Shown: one piece after another, positions 1 through 8,817 of the stretch | How the letters are laid out: each line of letters begins with the position of its first letter | How positions within the stretch are numbered: position 1 is the first letter of the stretch | Virus record (IMG/VR): IMGVR_UViG_3300028048_001497 | Location: 1-64,000 of that record | Strand: one strand, 5' to 3' | DNA length: 64,000 nucleotides | From: a virus | Lineage: Duplodnaviria; Caudoviricetes | Program-made: the position numbers and the translations under genes | Notes under the pieces: model-generated | Told to the model about the DNA's origin: nothing | What the model saw: only the letters and a program-made list of their open reading frames with translations | Databases searched by the model: none

Positions 1-116
1 ACCGAATTGTACATTCAAAAGTAATTAATGTTGAATATACAGGTAAACAACATGTTTATGATTTAACTGTTGATAAATATCACAACTTTATTGCTAATAA
101 TATTTTTGTTCATAAT
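1..116 (+). mobile_element. Intein C-terminal splicing region within terminase
   Basis: Translation VYDLTVDKYHNFIANNIFVHN|T matches intein blocks F/G, with terminal His-Asn and Thr as the +1 nucleophile. Confidence 0.92.
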
Positions 117-1163
117 ACGAACGCTAAGATAGTTCAAATCGGCACGCCAAAAACAAGAAATCATTTTTATGATGCAGTAGAAGGTAAAGCACATGAAAAA
201 TGGACGGTAGTAAAAAGAGATTGGACACAATGCGAACAACTATGGAGTTTGGACGCAATATATTTGCCTGACCCAAAAACAGGTATTGTTCGTCCTTACT
301 CACGATTTGTTCTTGAACAAGCTATGCCAAAAGTTTTAAAAGAAGAAATGTTTCCTAACAATCCTGAATTATGGACAGAAGGAAACTTGTCTATTGAAGA
401 TTTTAAAACACAATACATGCTTGAATTTATTGATGGTGCAGGTAAATATATTAATAGTGACCAAGTAAAACAAATGACAGATGGACAATTTGATTGGTTA
501 GACCACGGAATTATCGGAGAAACATATGTAGCAGGTATCGACTTTGCCGGTAGTAATCCTGACGGAGATAGTACACAAATTTCTGTTTTACGTATAGCAC
601 GTGATGGAACAAAACAAAAAGTTTTCTCTAAAGAATTTCAAGATACAAGTTATCCACAACAGATGTATTACATATCTAATTTATTTGGTGGCTATCATCC
701 ACGATTTGAATGTAAAAAGATTTTTGCAGATTATACAGGTTGTGGTGCTGCGGTTGTTCAAACTTTGCAAGAAGAATTTGGATTAAGAAATTTAGAAGGA
801 ATTATATTTAATTCTCGTGATAGATTTACTGGTTCAGGTATGAATATGAAAAATATTATGTATGCAAAGTGGAGACAAGAATTAGATAATGGCAAATTCA
901 AGTATATGACAAAAGAAAGATTTGAAAAATCTACTGCGGAAGGTGCAGGAGCAGACAATATCGGTTATTATCATCGTATGGTAAGTGAATGGGCAGATTT
1001 GGAACAAACTGTTACAGGATTTTCTGTTAATAAGAAAATTGAAGCTCCATTAGGTTATCACGATGATGTGTGTGATAGTGATGTATTAGCTAACTTTGCT
1101 GCGGTAGAAGGTCGTAGAGGTCATATGCCAAGAGTTGCTACAGGTAGATATAGATTTAGATAA
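1..1163 (+). CDS. terL: Terminase large subunit, C-terminal part (5' end outside window; frame open from position 3, includes end of an intein)
   Basis: The frame of ORF 249..1163 is open back to base 3. It shows IVQIGTPK (ATPase coupling motif), RNase-H-like nuclease motifs YVAGIDFA, ADYTGCG and HDDVCDS, and lies in a phage head-gene context. Confidence 0.9.
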   Translation, partial: RIVHSKVINVEYTGKQHVYDLTVDKYHNFIANNIFVHNTNAKIVQIGTPKTRNHFYDAVEGKAHEKWTVVKRDWTQCEQLWSLDAIYLPDPKTGIVRPYSRFVLEQAMPKVLKEEMFPNNPELWTEGNLSIEDFKTQYMLEFIDGAGKYINSDQVKQMTDGQFDWLDHGIIGETYVAGIDFAGSNPDGDSTQISVLRIARDGTKQKVFSKEFQDTSYPQQMYYISNLFGGYHPRFECKKIFADYTGCGAAVVQTLQEEFGLRNLEGIIFNSRDRFTGSGMNMKNIMYAKWRQELDNGKFKYMTKERFEKSTAEGAGADNIGYYHRMVSEWADLEQTVTGFSVNKKIEAPLGYHDDVCDSDVLANFAAVEGRRGHMPRVATGRYRFR

Positions 1164-1166
1164 AAT

Positions 1167-1198
1167 AAAGAGTATGGTTAATATTCCATACTCTTTTT
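1167..1198 (+). terminator. Intrinsic terminator after terL
   Basis: AAAGAGTATGG/CCATACTCTTT stem followed by a T-run. Confidence 0.8.
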
Positions 1199-1387
1199 CA
1201 TTGGTTAATGATAATGATACTATCAACATCTAATACATATAATTCTATATATCTCAAATCAACAATCAATCATCTATCTCTACATCTATCAATCTTCTAT
1301 ATTTCATTTCTTACATTACATACTTATCAATAACAGTTCCTTTCTAATATAAAAAACATGAAATCAGAAAGGTTTAACAATTTCCTA

Positions 1388-2623
1388 TTAAAAATTAACA
1401 GAAAATTTGTGTGGCATACTGCACACCTCTATCGGATTAACTATATCATATATGGTTTCTCCGACTACTTTTCTCATTATATTATATGAACCATTTACAT
1501 CTGCATTAAGAAATTTTCCTTCTTTGCTTTGATATAATCCTCGTTTGATTCTTTTACCTAAAAATGAATATTTTTTATCATCATTTGGTTTGTATATAGG
1601 CAAAATATCCTTATCAAGGAATGAAGATTTGGAAGTATAACTTTCTTCTTGTAGAATGAAATTTATTCCATATAATTTACATTTATATTCTAACATTTGA
1701 ACCAACTTTAAATGAGATATATTTGTAAAATTTTGATTATTTACTTTTCCTATTCCAATGTCTTGTTTCCAATTTTTGTTATATCCTACAACTAAAGTTG
1801 AGATATTGTTGAAAACTAATTGATTCATTAAATAAGAAGCAGATTTGTGTAAATAATCATCAATTTTATTAAATCTCTTCAAAGACAATCTTTTTAATCT
1901 TTGACTCGTCTTTTTACTATTGCATTTTTCAACTAAAGAAGTATATTTTGCTTTCTTTTTGTTGTAATACTGATTGATAGATTTTAATGGTCTACCATTG
2001 ATTATTAGTGGTTTGTTGTTTGTAAAAGTTGCAGTCATTAAATTATTTAACCCCAAATCAATACTTGCAATGTTATCATCTTTTGGTTTTAGATTACATT
2101 CTTGAATTTTATATAGAATTTCAATTTTAATATATCCATTACAAGGTACAATTCTTGTCGCTTGTATAGCTTGTCTTGCTATTTTGGTTCTTATAATGAT
2201 ATTTGTACCACTAAGTTTAATTTTGTTATCAGCTAAACCTTTTGTATTTATTGCACCTTTTTCATACTGTACTACTTCTCTACCATTGATTTTATTAAGA
2301 TATTTTGGAATAGAAATTGGCTTATCATATTTGCCTTGATTTTTCTTTTTCAATAAAGCAAAGAAAGATTTAAAATTTTTATCAACCAATTTTTGTGTAT
2401 GTTTTGCCACTTTAGCAGGAAGTGCTCTATAATCAGGTTGATTATTATGAGTAAATTCAAAATTTACTTTATTGTAATTTTTATATTCTCCTGTATTGAA
2501 GTAATGCTGTCTTATATCATACAGAGTTGCATTATAAAGGTTTTTGCTAAGAAAACAAAGATTATCTAATTCTGCATAATATTTGTGTGTTGGTTTGTAA
2601 ATGTGTTTTTCTGCTAAAATCAT
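1388..2623 (-). CDS. tnpB: TnpB RNA-guided nuclease, IS607 type
   Basis: SKNLYN wedge motif, RuvC-I IDLGLNN, EESYTSK, and RuvC-III NADVNGSYNI. Confidence 0.92.
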   Translation of the reverse strand: MILAEKHIYKPTHKYYAELDNLCFLSKNLYNATLYDIRQHYFNTGEYKNYNKVNFEFTHNNQPDYRALPAKVAKHTQKLVDKNFKSFFALLKKKNQGKYDKPISIPKYLNKINGREVVQYEKGAINTKGLADNKIKLSGTNIIIRTKIARQAIQATRIVPCNGYIKIEILYKIQECNLKPKDDNIASIDLGLNNLMTATFTNNKPLIINGRPLKSINQYYNKKKAKYTSLVEKCNSKKTSQRLKRLSLKRFNKIDDYLHKSASYLMNQLVFNNISTLVVGYNKNWKQDIGIGKVNNQNFTNISHLKLVQMLEYKCKLYGINFILQEESYTSKSSFLDKDILPIYKPNDDKKYSFLGKRIKRGLYQSKEGKFLNADVNGSYNIMRKVVGETIYDIVNPIEVCSMPHKFSVNF

Positions 2624-2662
2624 GTGTTGTTTTCACCTCCTTTAGTTAATATTATACAATAA

Positions 2663-3316
2663 TTATTCGCCATCTATATCAATTTTTTGCTTAATAGTTT
2701 TTCTTAATCCATATAATTTTCCACTAAATGAATGAATTATTGCAATAATATCTTCTGCCAATTCTTCTTGAATGGACTTATCTTCTGTTTCATTTGATAC
2801 AACAACTATTTCAACATTATGTTTGTTACATATTGTTTTTAAATAATTAAATCCAAATCTAGTTAGCCTATCTTTATACAATACAAAAATACGATTAACT
2901 TGATTTTCGCAGACCATATCTATTAATTGTAGTAATTGTTTGCGATTGTCGTTTAACCCACTACCTACTTCTTTAAATATTTTTAGATTTTGTGGATTTT
3001 GGCTAATAACAAAAGTTGATATTTTTTCCACTTGCCTATCCAAATCTCCACGAGATTTTTGTTTATTAGTGGAAACTCTAGCATAGATTACATCTTGTCT
3101 TTGAGCTTTTATATCATCAATATAACAATCAATAGATTGCAAAAAATCAATTAATTTATCCTTATCAACCAATCTACGATTTTTAACATTTCTGTAAGAA
3201 ATTATTTTGTTTTCGTCACAATAATTTTGAACAGTTCTTACAGAACAGCCAAGCATTTTTGCAATGTCTTTTGGTTGATAAATATCTTTTGTTAACGAAC
3301 TAGCTTGAATTATCAT
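2663..3316 (-). CDS. tnpA: IS607 transposase (MerR-like HTH + serine recombinase)
   Basis: N-terminal HTH (IAKMLGCSVRTV), YARVST catalytic Ser, EVGSGLN, DRLTRFGF, SFSGKLYG. Start moved to the ATG after a GAGGTG SD. Confidence 0.93.
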   Translation of the reverse strand: MIIQASSLTKDIYQPKDIAKMLGCSVRTVQNYCDENKIISYRNVKNRRLVDKDKLIDFLQSIDCYIDDIKAQRQDVIYARVSTNKQKSRGDLDRQVEKISTFVISQNPQNLKIFKEVGSGLNDNRKQLLQLIDMVCENQVNRIFVLYKDRLTRFGFNYLKTICNKHNVEIVVVSNETEDKSIQEELAEDIIAIIHSFSGKLYGLRKTIKQKIDIDGE

Positions 3317-3903
3317 TTCTATTTTCACCTCTTTCAATATCAAAATATATAAAAAGTATGAAAATATTTGCTACTTTTTATATTTTTGAAAATCTGTTTA
3401 CTACACACATAGAGAGAGGGGGTTTATGATAATGATACTATCTAATATTAATACATACATACTATAATCTATATTTACTATTTATTCATATAACATATTT
3501 ACATTTAAAACCAATCACATAATATTAATTATATACACACAATATTTACAACAAAACAAATTTATTAATAATACTATACTTTATATACCGCTACATTTTA
3601 TATACCTGTAACGCATTAAAATTTATTTATTAATTATCAATCAAAAAAAATAAATTACTATATACTTCATTCACACACGTGAAAATTACTATATAAACAT
3701 ATAACACACATTTTATACATATCATTTTATATAGTACAGTTTGGCGAAAAATTAAAAAACAAATATCGAATTGGATTGAATCTTAAAATAAATCTATTTT
3801 TAATTATAGAATGTTATTTTTTTAATAAGAGAATATATATAATAAATCTAGCGATTAAACTTTAGTTAAAAAATCAAGACAAAGAAAGTGGAGAAATAAA
3901 GAT

Positions 3904-5130
3904 ATGATGAAGAAAACGGTATTAAACAATGGATTAACGGTAATAACAGAGAAAACGGATGAAGATTTTGTATCAGTAGCATACGTAGTAAATAAAGGTA
4001 GTTTTGACGAACCTGAAGATAGTTTAGGGATAGCGCATTTAGCGGAGCATGAAGTATTCAAAGGAACGGCAAACAGGGACAAAGATGAATTATGGTTAGA
4101 CGTACAAGAATATGGTGGAGAAATGAACGCATACACGGCAGAAACTTGCACGGCATTTTTTTGTACGATACTGAAAGAATATTGGAAAAAAGCATTAGAT
4201 GTAATATCGGACATTGTATTTAACAATACGATACCAGAAGAAGAATTTGAATTAGAGAAGAATGTAGTAATAGAAGAACTGAAGATGTATAACGATGATG
4301 CGTTGCATAGAGTATTAGATAATGTAACGAGGACAGTATTCAAGAATTATCCGAATAGATGGAGTAATGGTGGGACACCTGAAACGGTATCAAAGATAAC
4401 GAGAGAGCAACTAATTAAATTTATCAATGACAATTACATTCCTTCTAATATTACATTAATGGCTACAGGAAATGTAGAGCATGAAAAACTGGTTAAATTT
4501 GTAGAAGAATATTTAGAAGGATATGAATTTAATGAAAGCACAACATCGAATCGAGTAGAGCAACCACAATTAAATATAGAAGATAATATAGATACGATAG
4601 AAGGAACGCAATCCACGATGTCAGCTATATGGGAGATAGATGTTAGTACGGCGAAGAAAGGCATAATCAATGAAATTATAGCTCATACATTAGGTGGAGG
4701 ATTTGGTGCTAGGTTCATGGATATAAGGGAAAAGTATGGTTATGCGTATCAGGTAAAAGCAGAAACCATTATTTTTACTACGAAAGAAAAAGCATTAATG
4801 GAATGCTATGTAGCATTAAATAAGAAGAATATAGAAAGGACGAAAGAGCTAATCATTAATGTATTAGATGAATTAGAAGATGGGATTACTGCGGTAGAGT
4901 TAGTTCATGCGAAAGCGTTTTTAAAGAGTGATTTCAAGAAAACGATAAGATGTTGTGAAGATTTAAATGAATTCAAATTAAATCAGTATGGTGTAGGCGA
5001 TACGATAGATGTAAATGAGCTATTAGATATATTAGATAAAGTCACATTGGAAGAAATCAATGCATATATCAAAGAAATGTGTAAGAATATGAAAATAGGG
5101 TTTATTGTAGTAGAGCAGACGGAAGAATGA
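3904..5130 (+). CDS. M16 (pitrilysin/MPP-like) zinc metallopeptidase
   Basis: LNNGLTVI start, GS..E...GIAHLAEH (inverted HxxEH), NAYT, EKNVVIEE, and IREKYGYAY in the C-terminal domain. Confidence 0.92.
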   Translation: MMKKTVLNNGLTVITEKTDEDFVSVAYVVNKGSFDEPEDSLGIAHLAEHEVFKGTANRDKDELWLDVQEYGGEMNAYTAETCTAFFCTILKEYWKKALDVISDIVFNNTIPEEEFELEKNVVIEELKMYNDDALHRVLDNVTRTVFKNYPNRWSNGGTPETVSKITREQLIKFINDNYIPSNITLMATGNVEHEKLVKFVEEYLEGYEFNESTTSNRVEQPQLNIEDNIDTIEGTQSTMSAIWEIDVSTAKKGIINEIIAHTLGGGFGARFMDIREKYGYAYQVKAETIIFTTKEKALMECYVALNKKNIERTKELIINVLDELEDGITAVELVHAKAFLKSDFKKTIRCCEDLNEFKLNQYGVGDTIDVNELLDILDKVTLEEINAYIKEMCKNMKIGFIVVEQTEE

Positions 5131-5162
5131 TTTTTGATATAAAAAAGGAAGTTGTGTAATAA

Positions 5163-5834
5163 ATGTCCAATAATATAGCTATGAGTGAAAAGCAAGAAGA
5201 TTTTGATTCTGTACCACCATTTGAACCGTTGTATGAATACGTTAAAATGGACAGGAACAAAGTATGGTTTATGTACGAAGAAAAGATAAACAAGCTAGTA
5301 GGATGGCTAGGATGGATGAAATCTTTTAATAAAGACGAATTACTTCAGCAAGCGTACATATACTTTGTAGGATTATGTGAAGCGTATGACCCTTATTACG
5401 ATGGAAAGTTTTTTAAATTTGACCGTTATTTATTTAAAAATTTAATCATTAAATTAAGAGCATATATACAGAGATATTATTTCAAAGGAAACAGAGAGAA
5501 GCCGACAGATTGTGATTATTTATTGCAGAATAAAACGATAGATGATATAGGAGATAGTGAATCGAATATGTACGTAGAATACATATTCAGTTTATTAAAC
5601 AAGAGACAAAAAGAAGTTATAGAATTGACATTAGAAGGGTATAAACAACAAGAGATAGGAAAAAAATTAAATATAAGCCAAAGTAGGGTATCAGTCATTA
5701 AGAAAAAAGCATTAAAGGAATTATATATGGTATTAGATGAAAAGCATACCGATGATGAGAAAAGAGAAATGCACGTAGAAGAAATCAAGTCGTATTTATA
5801 TAATAAATTACTTAAAAATCAGGAGGATAAGTAA
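5163..5834 (+). CDS. Phage-encoded sigma-70-family RNA polymerase sigma factor
   Basis: Region-2-like DELLQQAYIYF and region-4 HTH LNKRQKEVIEL...QQEIGKKLNISQSRVS. Confidence 0.8.
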   Translation: MSNNIAMSEKQEDFDSVPPFEPLYEYVKMDRNKVWFMYEEKINKLVGWLGWMKSFNKDELLQQAYIYFVGLCEAYDPYYDGKFFKFDRYLFKNLIIKLRAYIQRYYFKGNREKPTDCDYLLQNKTIDDIGDSESNMYVEYIFSLLNKRQKEVIELTLEGYKQQEIGKKLNISQSRVSVIKKKALKELYMVLDEKHTDDEKREMHVEEIKSYLYNKLLKNQEDK

Positions 5835-5836
5835 AG

Positions 5837-6502
5837 ATGGAAGATATTTTTGTAAGTGGCAACTACAATATTAATGACAAAAATCAATCGGATGGTATGG
5901 ACTTATTGAAGTCATTGAAAGATGAAAGTATTTCTTGTTGCTTTTTTGACCCTCAGTATAGGGGTATTTTAGATAAGCAGAAATATGGGGATGAAGGAAA
6001 GAACAGAGGAAAAGAAAGATGTGCCTTACCACAGATGACAGAAGATATGATTGTTGATTTTCTGTCAGAGATTAGCAGAGTATTAAAGCCTAGCAGATAT
6101 TGTTTTTTATGGGTAGACCATTTCCAGCTTTGTGATGGCAGTTCGCACAAATGGACGAAGGATTTGCCATTAGAAGTAGTAGATATGATTACGTGGAATA
6201 AGATGAAAATAGGAATGGGTTATCGTTCACGTAGGAAAGCGGAATTTTTGGTAGCGTTGCAGAAATTACCGATTAAAGCAAAAGCTACATGGACAGACCA
6301 TAGTATCCCTGACATATGGGAAGAAAAAGTAACGAAGGTGCATCCACATAGCAAACCGATTGAATTACAAAAGAGACTAATACAGGCAACGACAAATGAA
6401 GAAGATTTTGTATTAGACCCATGTGCAGGAGGATATTCTGTATTAACGGCTTGTAAAAATACGAATCGTAATTTTATTGGTTGTGACATATTAAAATTTT
6501 AA
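5837..6502 (+). CDS. N4-C/N6-A DNA methyltransferase (beta class), solitary
   Basis: Motif IV DPQY N-terminal, HPHSKP, and motif I VLDPCAGGYS C-terminal. Confidence 0.9.
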   Translation: MEDIFVSGNYNINDKNQSDGMDLLKSLKDESISCCFFDPQYRGILDKQKYGDEGKNRGKERCALPQMTEDMIVDFLSEISRVLKPSRYCFLWVDHFQLCDGSSHKWTKDLPLEVVDMITWNKMKIGMGYRSRRKAEFLVALQKLPIKAKATWTDHSIPDIWEEKVTKVHPHSKPIELQKRLIQATTNEEDFVLDPCAGGYSVLTACKNTNRNFIGCDILKF

Positions 6503-6507
6503 ATTGC

Positions 6508-6536
6508 TTGACAAAATTTGATAAATTATATATAAT
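6508..6536 (+). promoter_or_regulatory. Consensus sigma-A promoter
   Basis: TTGACA-17 nt-TATAAT. Confidence 0.85.
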
Positions 6537-6672
6537 TTAAAGGAATAAAGTTTCAATGTGATTAATTTGTCGCAGTTAATCACTACACATCTTTTTATAT
6601 TTTTTTATTCAAGCAAAGAATTATAAAAAGACTTTTTGAATAAAAAAAAGTAAAATTTTTTAGAAAAAACAC

Positions 6673-6701
6673 TTGACAAAATTTGATAGATTATATATAA
6701 T
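6673..6701 (+). promoter_or_regulatory. Consensus sigma-A promoter (near-identical copy of 6508..6536)
   Basis: TTGACA-17 nt-TATAAT; the spacer differs from the upstream copy at one base. Confidence 0.85.
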
Positions 6702-6758
6702 ATAAATGAAAAAAGAAATTAACATTTTTTTTTTATTTCTTCAAAACGATTTGCAACG

Positions 6759-6818
6759 AAAAAGACTTCCTGTTATTCATGAAACTTTTGGGGCATGAAT
6801 AATGTGGGAGGTCTTTTT
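6759..6818 (+). terminator. Long hairpin/terminator
   Basis: AAAAAGACTTCC..TTATTCATG / CATGAATAA..GGGAGGTCTTTTT inverted repeat. Confidence 0.7.
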
Positions 6819-6954
6819 CGTTTATATAAAGATAATAAAAAGTAATAATATAAATAGCTCATGTTATTTTTTTAATAGATATAACGTTCTGATACCTATT
6901 AAAACTTTTGGTTTCAGGATTTGTGAAAGAACGGAATATAGGAGTGTGAAAAAC

Positions 6955-7527
6955 GTGATTAAAAGAGTTTCAGATGAAATTTTTGACAACGATACGTTTA
7001 CACGAATTGCGGAATCTATGCACAAGCAGAGTAAGAAATTATTTTCTGTAGTAAATTCTGAAGCAGAAGCGAAACAGGTTCAGCATGATTTAAACGTAAA
7101 TGGTTATCAAGCGAATTATGAAAAGGCAGGAAAATATTATAATGTATATTATTCTCCTACGACACCGAAATTCAAAGTAGATGAAAATGTATTAAAATCA
7201 TTTCAGAACGTAGGTGACAATAAATATCGTGCATATAAAAAGAGTACGGTAGCGGGATTATATGATTATGATTTTGATGATGGTTCTATTTGGACATTAA
7301 AAACATATGAAGATGGTCAGCAATATTTAGTCAAAGAGGTTGAAGATGATAATGAAGATAAAGTAATTCGTAAGAAAGTAGCTAGTAGAAATAATATAAT
7401 AAAGAATGATGAATTTGATGCTAGTTTATCAAAATTCTTACAAAAGAAAAAAATAGTTGTATCATCTAAATTATTGTCAGATATAAAGCAGTTGATTGTA
7501 GATTACGCTTTGAAGGAGAATAAATAA
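6955..7527 (+). CDS. Hypothetical, probable head-associated protein
   Basis: ORF-track frame; likely start GTG 6955 after an AGGAG SD, giving MIKRVS. Contains KKVAS. Confidence 0.7.
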   Translation: MIKRVSDEIFDNDTFTRIAESMHKQSKKLFSVVNSEAEAKQVQHDLNVNGYQANYEKAGKYYNVYYSPTTPKFKVDENVLKSFQNVGDNKYRAYKKSTVAGLYDYDFDDGSIWTLKTYEDGQQYLVKEVEDDNEDKVIRKKVASRNNIIKNDEFDASLSKFLQKKKIVVSSKLLSDIKQLIVDYALKENK

Positions 7528-8414
7528 TGACAAAAGATATTCGACAAAAACCTGAATTGAATAAACAGTATGATTATGATTTAGATTTAAATTGGCGTGA
7601 TGATGGAGACGTTTTAGGTGATGCTTCTATGAATGATTATTTAAAAGGTTATCAGAATGAACCTTATGCTTTCCAACAATGGGCGAAGAATAAGGGAATA
7701 AATACGAAAGTAGCAGGACAAGAAATGATTAATATGCATTTCTATCCTGAATTTTTAGCGGATTACATTCTTACCTTATGGAATGGAACAGATGGTGAAT
7801 TGCAGAATTTTTATGAAGCATTTACACTCCGTTATGATAATAAATTAAAAAAAGCGGTAGCGGATGAAATCGAAAAACTAGGATATAAAGTATACCCGGT
7901 TCTAGTAGATGATAGGGCTTTTTATGCGAAGAAAAGATTTAATAAAATCGTTAAAATGGCAAGTAAAAAAGACGTTCATACAAAATTGAATGTAGCAAAG
8001 AATTTGTTTCAGAATAGTGAAGCATTAAAACTTTGTTTAGGAGAGATTGATGATATAGAAGAAATGGGAATGAAAGTTTCTGCAAAGAGAGTATCAGACC
8101 TATTAGATTATTATCAAGAAATTTTCCCTGAAGATTATGCTATTTGCTTGACACAAGATTTAGTAAATGAAAAGATTAACGATAATGGCTATCAACATTA
8201 TCAAGATTTTGGTATTTCAGATGAAAGTTTAAAAAACATTGAACGTATGATGGATGGAAATCAAGACCCATACGATGCTCCTTATAATGGTGGCAACACC
8301 AATTCAACGGATATGGGATATGATTATATTACAGATATGCGTGGATTTGATGGAGTAAAACCTGAATTGTATGAAGCACCAACGGTTCATTCTAGTTTAA
8401 AAAAAAAAGACTAA
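7527..8414 (+). CDS. Hypothetical, probable head-associated protein (may be extended by a -1 frameshift)
   Basis: TAATG overlap with the upstream gene; ends in an A10 run. Confidence 0.75.
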   Translation: MTKDIRQKPELNKQYDYDLDLNWRDDGDVLGDASMNDYLKGYQNEPYAFQQWAKNKGINTKVAGQEMINMHFYPEFLADYILTLWNGTDGELQNFYEAFTLRYDNKLKKAVADEIEKLGYKVYPVLVDDRAFYAKKRFNKIVKMASKKDVHTKLNVAKNLFQNSEALKLCLGEIDDIEEMGMKVSAKRVSDLLDYYQEIFPEDYAICLTQDLVNEKINDNGYQHYQDFGISDESLKNIERMMDGNQDPYDAPYNGGNTNSTDMGYDYITDMRGFDGVKPELYEAPTVHSSLKKKD

Positions 8415-8794
8415 TCGCTGATGAAATAGGGAATATTCCATTAAGTCAAGTAATGGATGCAGTAGATGAAGCAAGTGATAACATTAGTACATTATTAAAA
8501 AATACATTTGCCAATCCACCTGTACCGATTAGAAGTATTAGAAAACAAACAAATAAATCACGTAGTAATATAGATGATTTTTATACGGTAGTAAATGTAC
8601 CTGATGTATTAGATGTATATGAGGTATGGAAATTTACGTTAAATGATAAAGAATATAAAGAAGTTTTTGTAATAATATCTGCTATTTGTACGTTAGCAGG
8701 ATATAAAAAAGCAAAATGGTCGGATGTACAGTATCGTGGATTTTATAGTACAGTCGATGAAGCAATAGATGAAATCTATGGTCGTTTAGCATAA
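8408..8794 (+). CDS. Hypothetical; probable -1 frameshift extension of 7527..8414
   Basis: Frame is open from the A10 run (KRLIADEIG...) into ORF 8453..8794; no SD before ATG 8453. Confidence 0.6.
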   Translation, partial: RLIADEIGNIPLSQVMDAVDEASDNISTLLKNTFANPPVPIRSIRKQTNKSRSNIDDFYTVVNVPDVLDVYEVWKFTLNDKEYKEVFVIISAICTLAGYKKAKWSDVQYRGFYSTVDEAIDEIYGRLA

Positions 8795-8817
8795 AAAAAG
8801 GAGAGTGTATGTAAATT

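Larger units (their letters stand above)
1330..3405 (-). mobile_element. IS607-family element (tnpA + tnpB); ends approximate
   Basis: Adjacent serine-recombinase TnpA and TnpB on the minus strand, opposite to the phage genes. Confidence 0.85.

Noticed and set aside
5837-6502. Methyltransferase as part of a restriction-modification pair
   Set aside because: No adjacent restriction endonuclease; treated as a solitary protective MTase of unknown specificity.
6802-6954. N-terminal extension of ORF 6802..7527
   Set aside because: It overlaps a terminator hairpin and a candidate promoter motif; the SD supports GTG 6955.
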